Shown piece by piece: positions 19,463 to 27,407 of a DNA stretch of 32,000 nt. The position numbers were made by a program, and so were the translations under genes. Under the pieces are notes generated by a model. It was not told the origin of the DNA, did not search any database, and worked only from the letters and a program-made list of their open reading frames with translations. The stretch comes from Geobacter metallireducens GS-15. Its GTDB lineage: Bacteria > Desulfobacterota > Desulfuromonadia > Geobacterales > Geobacteraceae. The DNA is taken from positions 1,080,001 to 1,112,000 of the forward strand of contig NC_007517.1 of assembly GCF_000012925.1 (NCBI RefSeq), read 5' to 3'. Each line of letters opens with the position of its first letter. Position 1 is the stretch's first letter.

Positions 19463-19593
19463 GGAATAACACGGAGAGACGGAGCGCACGGAGAAAGCCA
19501 AGGCAGACTTCAAAATTTGTCGTAAGAATAACTCCTTGTTGCTTTCTACCGATTTTGAAGTTCTCCGTGTTCTCCGTCTCTCCGTGTTATTTC
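19463..19593. repeat. 131-nt imperfect inverted repeat (REP/MITE-like palindromic element) containing ACGGAGA-type short repeats
   Basis: 19463-19484 pairs with 19572-19593 (22 nt, including one G:T). 19487-19495 pairs with 19561-19569. 19508-19516 pairs with 19552-19560. There is a 12-nt bulge on the left arm and a loop of about 35 nt. It lies in the AT-richer intergenic region after the phosphohexomutase gene. Confidence 0.8.
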
Positions 19594-19609
19594 TGTTTTA
19601 TAAAAGAGC

Positions 19610-19659
19610 AATGGCGCTCCGGCAGGATATTCCTTCCGGCACTGCGCCATTCGTTTTTT
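19610..19659 (+). terminator. Hairpin plus T6 tract (probable intrinsic terminator upstream of the nifU promoter region)
   Basis: AATGGCGC ... GCGCCATT outer stem with an inner CCGG...CCGG pairing, followed by CGTTTTTT. Confidence 0.55.
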
Positions 19660-19684
19660 GACATGCAGAAGAATGGAGTCTTGA

Positions 19685-19709
19685 ATACCTGACAATTTTG
19701 CTATAGTAT
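19685..19709 (+). promoter_or_regulatory. Candidate Rrf2/IscR-type operator overlapping the nifU promoter region
   Basis: ATACCTGACAATTTTGCTATAGTAT matches about 20 of 25 positions of the E. coli type-1 IscR consensus ATASYYGACTRWWWYAGTCRRSTAT, as I recall it. It lies 38 nt upstream of the nifU ATG and overlaps a TATAGT -10-like hexamer. Hand match only. Confidence 0.3.
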
Positions 19710-19746
19710 TGCGTAGCGATGAACGTTACTCCAAGGAGGATTTTCC

Positions 19747-20607
19747 ATGTGGGATTATACTGAAAAGGTTCGGGAACATTTCCTGAACCCGCGCAACGTT
19801 GGCGATATTCCCGATGCGGACGCAGTGGGGGAGGTGGGAAGCCTTGCCTGCGGCGACGCCCTCAAGCTCTATATCAAACTCGACGACGCCAAGGAGCGGA
19901 TTGTCGACGCCAAGTTCCAGACCTTTGGCTGCGCCAGCGCCATCGCGTCGTCATCGGCCCTGACCGAGATCATCAAGGGGAAAACCCTCGACGAGGCCCT
20001 GGCCACCACCAACCAGGAGATTGCCGATTTCCTCGGCGGGCTTCCCGAGGAGAAGATGCACTGTTCGGTCATGGGGCAGGAGGCCCTTGAGGTGGCCATC
20101 GCCAAGTATCGCGGCGGTCCGGTGCCGACCCACCACGACCACGGCCACGAGGAGGTGGAGCCGGGAGAGATCGTCTGCAAGTGCTTCGGCCTCACCGACA
20201 CCTTCCTGAAGAAGGTCATCGCCGCCAACAAGCTGACCACGGCGGAGCAGGTGACCCACTTCACCAAGGCCGGCGGCGCCTGCGGCGGCTGCATCCCGAA
20301 AATCAAGGAGCTGATCAGCGAGGTGCTCGGGGCCCAGCCCACCGAGGAGCGGAAAAAGCCAGAAAAGCTCACCAACCTCCGCAAGATGCAGCTCATCCAG
20401 GAGACCCTTGAGAAGGAAATCCGCCCGCTTCTGTGGGCCGACGGCGGCGACCTGGAGTTGGTGGACATCTCGGGGAGCGAGGTTCAGATCGCTTTCCGCA
20501 AGGCCTGCGCCGGCTGCGCCTCGTCGGGCAACACCGCCAAGTTCGTGGAGTTGAAACTGCGGGATCTGGTGGCTGACGACATCGTTGTCCAGGAGGTGGA
20601 GGGATGA
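19747..20607 (+). CDS. nifU: NifU-type Fe-S cluster scaffold (three-domain: IscU-like, central 2Fe-2S/BFD-like, C-terminal Nfu)
   Basis: 286 aa. N-domain Cys motifs (LACGDALKLY, FGCASAIASSS, MHCSVMG). Central CKCFGLTD...GGACGGC. C-terminal ACAGCASS. AAGGAGGA RBS. Confidence 0.93.
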   Translation: MWDYTEKVREHFLNPRNVGDIPDADAVGEVGSLACGDALKLYIKLDDAKERIVDAKFQTFGCASAIASSSALTEIIKGKTLDEALATTNQEIADFLGGLPEEKMHCSVMGQEALEVAIAKYRGGPVPTHHDHGHEEVEPGEIVCKCFGLTDTFLKKVIAANKLTTAEQVTHFTKAGGACGGCIPKIKELISEVLGAQPTEERKKPEKLTNLRKMQLIQETLEKEIRPLLWADGGDLELVDISGSEVQIAFRKACAGCASSGNTAKFVELKLRDLVADDIVVQEVEG

Positions 20608-21779
20608 AAGAGATCTACATGGACAACAACGCCACCACCAAGGTGGACGAGGCTGTCTTCGAGGAGATGCGTCCCTATTTCTGCGATCTCTACGGCAACC
20701 CCAGCTCCATGCACTTCTTCGGCGGCCAGGTGCAGAAAAAGGTGGACGAGGCAAGAAACCGCGTGGCGAACCTTCTGGGGGCTTCCCCCGAGGAGATCGT
20801 CTTCACCGCCTGCGGCACCGAGAGCGACAACGCGGCCATCCGCTCGGCCATCGAGGTCCATCCGGAGCGGCGCCACATCATCACCACCCGCGTGGAGCAC
20901 CCGGCGGTTCTGACCCTCTGCCGCAACCTTTCCAAGCGTGGGTACCGGGTCACCGAACTGAACGTGGACGGCGAGGGGAGGCTGGACCTGAACGAACTGC
21001 GGGCAGCCGTTGACGAGGACACGGCCATCGTGTCGGTCATGTGGGCCAACAACGAAACCGGCGTGGTCTTTCCCATCGAGGAGGTGGGGAAAATCGTCAA
21101 GGAGAAGGGGAAGGGCGCCTTCTTCCATACCGACGCCGTCCAGGCAGTGGGAAAGATTCCCATCAACATGGCCGCCTCCACCGTGGACATGCTCTCCATT
21201 TCGGGGCACAAGCTCCACGCGCCCAAGGGGATCGGGGTCCTCTACGTCCGCAAGGGAGTTCCGTTCCGGCCGTTCATGGTCGGGGGGCACCAGGAGCACA
21301 ACCGTCGGGCCGGCACCGAGAACACCGCCGCCATCATCGCCCTCGGCAAGGCGTGCGAACTGGCCGGTCAGTGGATGGAGGACGAGAACACCCGCGTGAA
21401 GGCCATGCGGGACCGGCTCCAGACAACGCTCCTTGAACTGATACCCCGGTCCCGCATCAACGGCGGCCAGGCGGAGCGGCTTCCCAACACCCTCTCCATC
21501 GCCTTCGAGTTCGTGGAAGGGGAGGCGATCCTGATGCTCCTGTCGGAGAAGGGGATCTGCGCTTCGTCGGGGAGTGCCTGCACCTCCGGCTCCCTGGAGC
21601 CCTCCCACGTGCTTCGCGCCATGGGGGTGCCGTTCACCTGCGCCCACGGCTCCATCCGCTTCTCCCTGTCTCGCTTCAACACCGACGAGGATATCGAGAC
21701 CATCATCCGGGAACTGCCGCCGGTAGTCCGGAGGCTGCGGGAAATGTCCCCCTTCGGGCGGGAGTTTCTCAACGCCTGA
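20604..21779 (+). CDS. nifS: Cysteine desulfurase NifS (class I, PLP-dependent)
   Basis: 391 aa. IYMDNNATT, PLP-Lys motif SISGHKLHAPKGIG, catalytic loop SSGSACTSG. ATGA overlap with the nifU stop. Confidence 0.95.
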   Translation: MKEIYMDNNATTKVDEAVFEEMRPYFCDLYGNPSSMHFFGGQVQKKVDEARNRVANLLGASPEEIVFTACGTESDNAAIRSAIEVHPERRHIITTRVEHPAVLTLCRNLSKRGYRVTELNVDGEGRLDLNELRAAVDEDTAIVSVMWANNETGVVFPIEEVGKIVKEKGKGAFFHTDAVQAVGKIPINMAASTVDMLSISGHKLHAPKGIGVLYVRKGVPFRPFMVGGHQEHNRRAGTENTAAIIALGKACELAGQWMEDENTRVKAMRDRLQTTLLELIPRSRINGGQAERLPNTLSIAFEFVEGEAILMLLSEKGICASSGSACTSGSLEPSHVLRAMGVPFTCAHGSIRFSLSRFNTDEDIETIIRELPPVVRRLREMSPFGREFLNA

Positions 21780-21810
21780 CCATAAACAGGAGATTGTCAC
21801 AGGAGAAGGG

Positions 21811-21847
21811 AAGGGGACGCCGCGAGAATGGCGTCCCCTTTTGTTTG
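21811..21847 (+). terminator. Rho-independent terminator after nifS
   Basis: GGGGACGCC-gcgagaat-GGCGTCCCC 9-bp GC-rich stem followed by TTTTGTTTG. Confidence 0.75.
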
Positions 21848-21904
21848 CAAGCTCGGCGGAATCCCCCCTGTGACGGTTGCGCATTTCCTTTCGCAAGTCC
21901 CCGG

Positions 21905-21933
21905 TTGACTTGAAGGCGGTGTGGCTTTAAAGT
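21905..21933 (+). promoter_or_regulatory. Putative sigma70-type promoter for the UbiD-family gene
   Basis: TTGACT, a 17-nt spacer, then TAAAGT, about 45 nt upstream of the ATG. AAAGGAGG RBS at about 21961. Sequence match only. Confidence 0.4.
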
Positions 21934-21978
21934 CGTACGATTGCTCTGACGAGTTGAACAAAGGAGGCCCCCGGAACC

Positions 21979-23817
21979 ATGGGCTATCGTAACCTGCAGG
22001 ATTGCGTCTTTGACCTGGAAGCACGCGGCGATCTCGTCCGTATTGATGTGGAGACCGACCCGAACATCGAGATCGGTGCCATCCAGCGCCGGGTCTACCA
22101 GGCAGGGGGGCCGGCGCTCCTCTTCACCCGGGTCAAGGGGTGCCGTTTTCCCATGCTTGGCAACCTCTTCGGCACCATGGCCCGGACCAAGTTCATCTTC
22201 CGGGACACCCTGGACGACATCCGCCGTCTCGTGGAGCTGAAGATCAACCCGACCGCCGTGCTGAAAAATCCCAAGGAATACGCGGGGGCCCCCCTGGCGG
22301 CGCTCCGGCTCCTTCCGCGCCAGGTCTCCCGGGGGCCGATTCTCGGCCACCGCACCACCATCGCCGAACTCCCCCAGCTTAAATCGTGGCCCATGGACGG
22401 CGGCCCCTTCGTGACCCTCCCCCAGGTCTACTCCGAGAGCCCCAAGCGCCCCGGCTTCCGTTTCTCGAACCTGGGGATGTACCGGGTGCAGTTGGCCGGC
22501 AACGATTACCGCCTGAACGAAGAAGTGGGGGTCCACTACCAGATCCACCGGGGTATCGGCGTCCACCACGCCGAGGCCATCGAACGGGGCGAGCCCCTGC
22601 GCGTCAATATCTTCGTGGGAGGAGCGCCATCCATGACCGTGGCCGCGGTCATGCCCCTTCCTGAGGGACTTCCCGAGCTTTCCTTTGCCGGCCTCCTTGC
22701 CGGGCACCGGCTGGCCATGGTCTGCCGACGGGGGGAACTCCCCATGCCTGCCGAGGCCGACTTCGTCATCACCGGCACCATCGACCCGAACAAGACCCTC
22801 CCCGAAGGTCCCTTCGGCGATCACCTGGGGTACTACAGCCTGGCCCATCCCTTCCCGGTTCTGCGGGTGGAGAACGTCTGGCACCGGGACGACGCCATCT
22901 GGCCCTTCACCTCCGTCGGCCGCCCCCCCCAGGAGGACACCACCTTCGGTGCCTTCATCCACGAGCTGACCGGCGCCCTCATTCCCGAGGTCCTTCCCGG
23001 GGTGAAGGGGGTCCATGCCGTGGACGCCGCCGGCGTCCACCCCCTGCTCCTGGCCGTGGGGAGCGAGCGCTACGTCCCCTACGAGGCCGAGCGGGTGCCG
23101 CGGGAACTCCTCACCATCGCCAGCGCCATCCTGGGGAACGGTCAGCTCTCCCTGGCCAAGTACCTCTTCATCACCCCCAATGAGGACAACCCGCCGGACA
23201 TCCACCACATCGACGAGTTCCTCACCTTCATCCTGGAGCGGGCCGACTGGCGGCGCGACCTCCACTTCCACACCCGCACCACCATCGACACCCTCGACTA
23301 CTCGGGGAGCGGCCTCAACGAAGGGTCCAAAGTCATCGTGGCCGCGGCAGGCCCGAAGCGGCGCGACCTTCCCACGGAGGTGCCAGGAGGGCTCCGGCTT
23401 CCGGACGGTTTCACCACCCCCCATGTCTGTCTTCCCGGCATCCTGGCCGTCACCGGTCCGGCCTTCCCCGGCTACGGGGACAACGGCGCACCGGACATGG
23501 AGCGCTTCTGCGCCTCCTTCGCCCCCGATGACCCGATCAACCGCTTCCCCCTGGTGGTGATCGTTGACGACAGCGCCTTTACTTCCCGTACCCTCAACAA
23601 TTTCCTCTGGGTCACCTTCACCCGCTCCAACCCTGCCGCCGACATCCACGGCATCGGCTCGTCGGTCCGGTGCAAGCACTGGGGATGCGGGGGGGCGCTC
23701 GTCATCGACGCCCGGGTGAAGCCCCATCACGCGCCGCCGCTTCTGGATGTGCCGGAGATCGAGCGGCGAGTCGATGCCCTCGGCGCGCCCGGCGGGCCGC
23801 TGCGCGGAATTATTTGA
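21979..23817 (+). CDS. UbiD-family (prenylated-FMN dependent) decarboxylase, long form
   Basis: 612 aa. UbiD-like N-terminus (LQDCVFDLEARGDLVRIDVETDPNLEI..., GPALLFTRVKG), GMYRVQL, HYQIHRGIGVHH, and C-terminal VVIVDDSAF...FLWVTFTRSNPAADIHG. The antisense 714-aa track ORF is a shadow. Confidence 0.88.
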   Translation: MGYRNLQDCVFDLEARGDLVRIDVETDPNIEIGAIQRRVYQAGGPALLFTRVKGCRFPMLGNLFGTMARTKFIFRDTLDDIRRLVELKINPTAVLKNPKEYAGAPLAALRLLPRQVSRGPILGHRTTIAELPQLKSWPMDGGPFVTLPQVYSESPKRPGFRFSNLGMYRVQLAGNDYRLNEEVGVHYQIHRGIGVHHAEAIERGEPLRVNIFVGGAPSMTVAAVMPLPEGLPELSFAGLLAGHRLAMVCRRGELPMPAEADFVITGTIDPNKTLPEGPFGDHLGYYSLAHPFPVLRVENVWHRDDAIWPFTSVGRPPQEDTTFGAFIHELTGALIPEVLPGVKGVHAVDAAGVHPLLLAVGSERYVPYEAERVPRELLTIASAILGNGQLSLAKYLFITPNEDNPPDIHHIDEFLTFILERADWRRDLHFHTRTTIDTLDYSGSGLNEGSKVIVAAAGPKRRDLPTEVPGGLRLPDGFTTPHVCLPGILAVTGPAFPGYGDNGAPDMERFCASFAPDDPINRFPLVVIVDDSAFTSRTLNNFLWVTFTRSNPAADIHGIGSSVRCKHWGCGGALVIDARVKPHHAPPLLDVPEIERRVDALGAPGGPLRGII

Positions 23818-23840
23818 GCGAGATGGCGAGGGACTGAGGA

Positions 23841-26800
23841 GTGAGGGGAAGAAAAAAACGGATGCCGGCACGACCCGGCGCCGCCAGGGAGCGGATACGT
23901 TCGACCGCGGCACCTGCCGTCGGCGAAAAGGTGCTCAATGCCCTGCGGGACCTGCCGGCGGGAATGATCTATACCCTGGGCGCCAAGCCCACCGTGCTGC
24001 GGGGGCTCGCCCTTGCCATCGAAAAGCGGGTGAAGGGAATCGACTGGAGTCCCGACGGTGCCACCCTCTTTGCCGAAGTCATGGACGGAAGCCGCCACCA
24101 CGAGGTGCGCCTGGAGGCGAACGGAGGCTTCCTCACCCCCTCCTGCGACTGCCCGCTCTGGCGCCCCACCGGCCACTGCCCCCACGTCATCGCCGCCCTG
24201 GCGGTACTGAAAAAGGGGCTGGTGCATCAGGCGATTACCAGTCTCCGGCTCGACAGCGACTACCTGGCCGAGGTGAGCGGCTGGCTTTCGGGCGTTGAGG
24301 CCGCGCAACCGACCGCGCCGGCCGTGCCGCGCCTGGTGGTGGAGCGGGGCGCCGACGGCATCCAGGCGCGGATATGGCTCGGGGAGCATCCCGTCTCCAT
24401 CCATGACCAGGCGCTCCCCCGGACGGTGCGGGATTTCCTCTGGACCCTCCTCAATCCCCGGGAGAGCGGTTTCATCATCGAGCGCTACCTGGAGGCCTTT
24501 GGCGACGACGCCCCCATGGCCCTGCGCCAGGATGACAATGAGATACCCCTGCGCTTCGATCGGGGGAGGGTCCACGGCACCCTGACCCTTCTGGAGCAGG
24601 TCCGCGGCATGGTCATTGCCCGCAAGGGGCTGGAGGACGGCCATCCCATTCCGGACACCTGTTTTGCCGCCTACCGTTACTATTTCGACATCCCTGCCGG
24701 TGCTGTCCGGGTCATCGACTCCTTCGAGGGGTGGGATCTCTGGAACACCATCAACTACGAGGCCGCCGAATGGAGCCTCGACACCGGCGTTTCCGTCGAG
24801 CGCAATTCCCGGACCATCTCCCTTCCTGCCGATGCCTTCAACGCCATCGGGCTGACCGTCACCGAGAAGGGGCTTCCCACGATCCTCGAACGCATCCGGT
24901 TTTACGGTGCCGGCGGACCGGGCGAACCAGCACGGATCACCCACAACTACCGCCTGCGGGTGGCCGACATGAACGACACCACCGCCCTGCTGCTGGCCGA
25001 GGGGGTCTACGGCGACGCGGCAATTCCCCTTTCCGCCGGCGCCTTCAGCTTTTTCACCAGCCGGGGCCGGTCCACGGCATCGGTTCCCCTGAGGACCAAG
25101 AAGCGGAGTAGCGCGGTGATCGCCGGTTGCTTCGCAGCCCTTGACTGCGTCACCAGGGCCGAACTGGAGCGGACCATCAGGCACGCCCTTGCGGGCGACG
25201 ACTTCCTGAAACGCACTGTGAAGAGCGAGGCGAAGCGGATCATCACGGCGTTTGCCGCGGCCTGCGAAACCCGCGAAACGACGCTCCTGGCGGCCGATGG
25301 CGCCTGGCTCATATCCGTGGCCGAACCGAAGGTGGAGGCGCAACTCCTGGAGATCCCCTACCGGCTCTTCGGTGCCGAAATCTTCGGCTCGTCGGACCTT
25401 GCCGGCGCCATGACCGTCAACCGCGACGCGCTCTTTCGCCAATTTCCCGCACTTCACAACCGTCTTGCGGAGGCTGGGTTCGACCTGGTGCTCCAGGACC
25501 GCCCGGTGGAGGCTGTCACCCTCGATGTGACCCTCGACGCCACCCGGTCCACCCTGGACTGGTTCGAGCTCCGCCCCGAGATCCGCTGCGGCACCGGCGA
25601 GCTTACCGAACAGGAGATCGCCGAGGCCATGGCCAGCGGCGGCGTCTTCCGCCGGGGCGATTCCTTTCTCCTCATCAACGAGGAATCGTCCCGCATCCTG
25701 GCCATGCTCTACCCCGAGGCCGGGGTGAAGAAGCGGAGGAAGGCCGAGGTGGTCCGCATCCCGCGGCTCCAGATCCTCGACTGGCTCGTCCTGCGGCACC
25801 ATGGGGTCTCGGTTCGCCTCTCCCCCGAGGATGAGAGGATCTTCGCCAGCCTCGCCACCTTCGAAGAGATACCTTCATCCCCCCTCCCCGAAAGGCTCCA
25901 GGCGACCCTGCGTCACTACCAGGTGGACGCCTTTCATTGGCTCGCCTTTCTCTACACCCACCGCTTTGGCGCCTGCCTCGCCGACGACATGGGGCTCGGC
26001 AAGACCATCCAGGCCATCAGCCTTCTGGCGGCGCTCCACGAGGGGACGCTCCCCTCGCGGGTGCCGGAGCCGCGTCCTCACCTCATCGTCGTTCCCCCGA
26101 GCCTCCTCTTTAACTGGGAGAACGAGTTGGCCCGCTTCTACCCCGCATTCACCGTCCTTACCTATCGGGGCACCGGCCGCAGCGCCGACTTCACCGGGGT
26201 CGACATCGTCCTCACCAGCTATGGCATCATCCCCCGTGATATTGGGATCCTGGCGGAGATTCCTTTCCACTGCATCGTCTTCGACGAGGCCCAGGCCGTG
26301 AAAAACATCCAGGCCGACACCACCGGCGCCTGCCGCCGGCTGCGGGGCGCGTTCACCCTCTGCCTCACCGGCACCCCGGTTGAAAACCACCTCGGTGAGT
26401 ATTTCTCGGTCATGGACCTGGCCGTGCCGGGGCTTCTGGGCTCCTACGAGGAATTCCGGCGCCAGGCCGGCAACGCCGCGGCTCCCTTCCTCGAAACCCT
26501 TGTCCGGCGCACCCGCCCCTTTGTCCTGCGCCGCTCCAAGCAGATGATCGCCGCCGAGCTTCCCCCCAAGATCGAAACCGACATCTACCTGGAGCTGACT
26601 CCCCGGCAGAAGGCCCTCTATACCCGCACCGTCGAAGAGGTACGCGAGACCGTGCTCGAAGCGTGGCGCGGCAAGTCACCCGGCCAGGCGCGTATCATTG
26701 CCCTCACCGCCATCCTGCGGCTGCGCCAGCTCTGTCTCTCCCCCCGGCTCCTCATTGCCGACTCCAGGGAACCGTCCCCCAAGGTGGAGTTCCTCGTGGA

Positions 26801-27290
26801 GCAGCTGGAAGAACTCTTTACCGAGGGGCATAGTGTTCTCGTCTTCTCCCAGTTCACCTCTTTTCTCGACATCGTCGAAGGAGAACTGTCCCGCAGGGGG
26901 GTTCACTACTATCGCCTCGACGGCTCCACTCCGGTCCCCGAACGGAAAAGACTCGTCACCGCCTTCCAGAAGGGCGATGAGCCGTCCGTCTTCCTCCTCT
27001 CCCTGAAGGCCGGTGGCAAGGGGCTCAACCTTACCCGCGCCACCTATGTCTTCCATCTCGATCCCTGGTGGAACCCCGCAGTGGAAAACCAGGCCTCTGA
27101 CCGGGCCCACCGTATCGGCCAGACACGCCAGGTCACCATCACCCGCCTTGTCATGCGCCACACCATCGAAGAGAAGATGATGGAACTGAAAAAGCGCAAG
27201 CTCAAGCTCTACCATGCCCTTTTGGAGGAGAACTCCGCAGGGGACGGGGGAGGCATCAGCCGGGAGGATTTCGAGTTCCTGCTGGGGTAG
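23841..27290 (+). CDS. SNF2-family ATPase/helicase with an N-terminal SWIM zinc finger
   Basis: 1149 aa. SWIM CxCx9CxH (CDCPLWRPTGHCPH). SNF2 motifs LADDMGLGKTIQ (I), FDEAQAVKN (II), LTGTPVEN (III), helicase-C QASDRAHRIGQTRQV (VI). The start is uncertain: GTG 23841 has GAGGA immediately adjacent, and ATG 23862 is an alternative. Confidence 0.9.
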   Translation: MRGRKKRMPARPGAARERIRSTAAPAVGEKVLNALRDLPAGMIYTLGAKPTVLRGLALAIEKRVKGIDWSPDGATLFAEVMDGSRHHEVRLEANGGFLTPSCDCPLWRPTGHCPHVIAALAVLKKGLVHQAITSLRLDSDYLAEVSGWLSGVEAAQPTAPAVPRLVVERGADGIQARIWLGEHPVSIHDQALPRTVRDFLWTLLNPRESGFIIERYLEAFGDDAPMALRQDDNEIPLRFDRGRVHGTLTLLEQVRGMVIARKGLEDGHPIPDTCFAAYRYYFDIPAGAVRVIDSFEGWDLWNTINYEAAEWSLDTGVSVERNSRTISLPADAFNAIGLTVTEKGLPTILERIRFYGAGGPGEPARITHNYRLRVADMNDTTALLLAEGVYGDAAIPLSAGAFSFFTSRGRSTASVPLRTKKRSSAVIAGCFAALDCVTRAELERTIRHALAGDDFLKRTVKSEAKRIITAFAAACETRETTLLAADGAWLISVAEPKVEAQLLEIPYRLFGAEIFGSSDLAGAMTVNRDALFRQFPALHNRLAEAGFDLVLQDRPVEAVTLDVTLDATRSTLDWFELRPEIRCGTGELTEQEIAEAMASGGVFRRGDSFLLINEESSRILAMLYPEAGVKKRRKAEVVRIPRLQILDWLVLRHHGVSVRLSPEDERIFASLATFEEIPSSPLPERLQATLRHYQVDAFHWLAFLYTHRFGACLADDMGLGKTIQAISLLAALHEGTLPSRVPEPRPHLIVVPPSLLFNWENELARFYPAFTVLTYRGTGRSADFTGVDIVLTSYGIIPRDIGILAEIPFHCIVFDEAQAVKNIQADTTGACRRLRGAFTLCLTGTPVENHLGEYFSVMDLAVPGLLGSYEEFRRQAGNAAAPFLETLVRRTRPFVLRRSKQMIAAELPPKIETDIYLELTPRQKALYTRTVEEVRETVLEAWRGKSPGQARIIALTAILRLRQLCLSPRLLIADSREPSPKVEFLVEQLEELFTEGHSVLVFSQFTSFLDIVEGELSRRGVHYYRLDGSTPVPERKRLVTAFQKGDEPSVFLLSLKAGGKGLNLTRATYVFHLDPWWNPAVENQASDRAHRIGQTRQVTITRLVMRHTIEEKMMELKKRKLKLYHALLEENSAGDGGGISREDFEFLLG

Positions 27291-27348
27291 GGGAGGAGTG
27301 GAGGGGTGGTGGTTTGTCTCGCTGGCTGATTCTGCGAACTGGTAAATA

Positions 27349-27384
27349 AAGCCCCCGACTTTGTCGTCGGGGGCTTGTTTTTTG
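27349..27384. terminator. Bidirectional intrinsic terminator between convergent genes
   Basis: AAA-GCCCCCGAC-tttgtc-GTCGGGGGC-TTGTTTTTT. There is an A-tract on one side and a T-tract on the other. It lies between the SNF2 gene (+) and the hydrolase::MlaA gene (-). Confidence 0.75.
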
Positions 27385-27407
27385 GCCTGAATTCCGTTGT
27401 TCCGAGA

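Noticed and set aside
17974-21896. Antisense ORFs 17974-19071, 19951-20754 and 20484-21896 (minus strand)
   Set aside because: They lie opposite the phosphohexomutase, nifU and nifS genes. The composition and reasoning are the same as for the other shadow ORFs.
21769-25802. Very long minus-strand ORFs (714 aa at 21769-23913; 691 aa at 23727-25802) opposite the UbiD and SNF2 genes
   Set aside because: Their translations are Gly/Arg/Pro/Asp/His/Val-rich with no recognisable motifs. They lack RBSs and lie antisense to ORFs with clear UbiD and SNF2 signatures. These are typical high-GC shadow ORFs.
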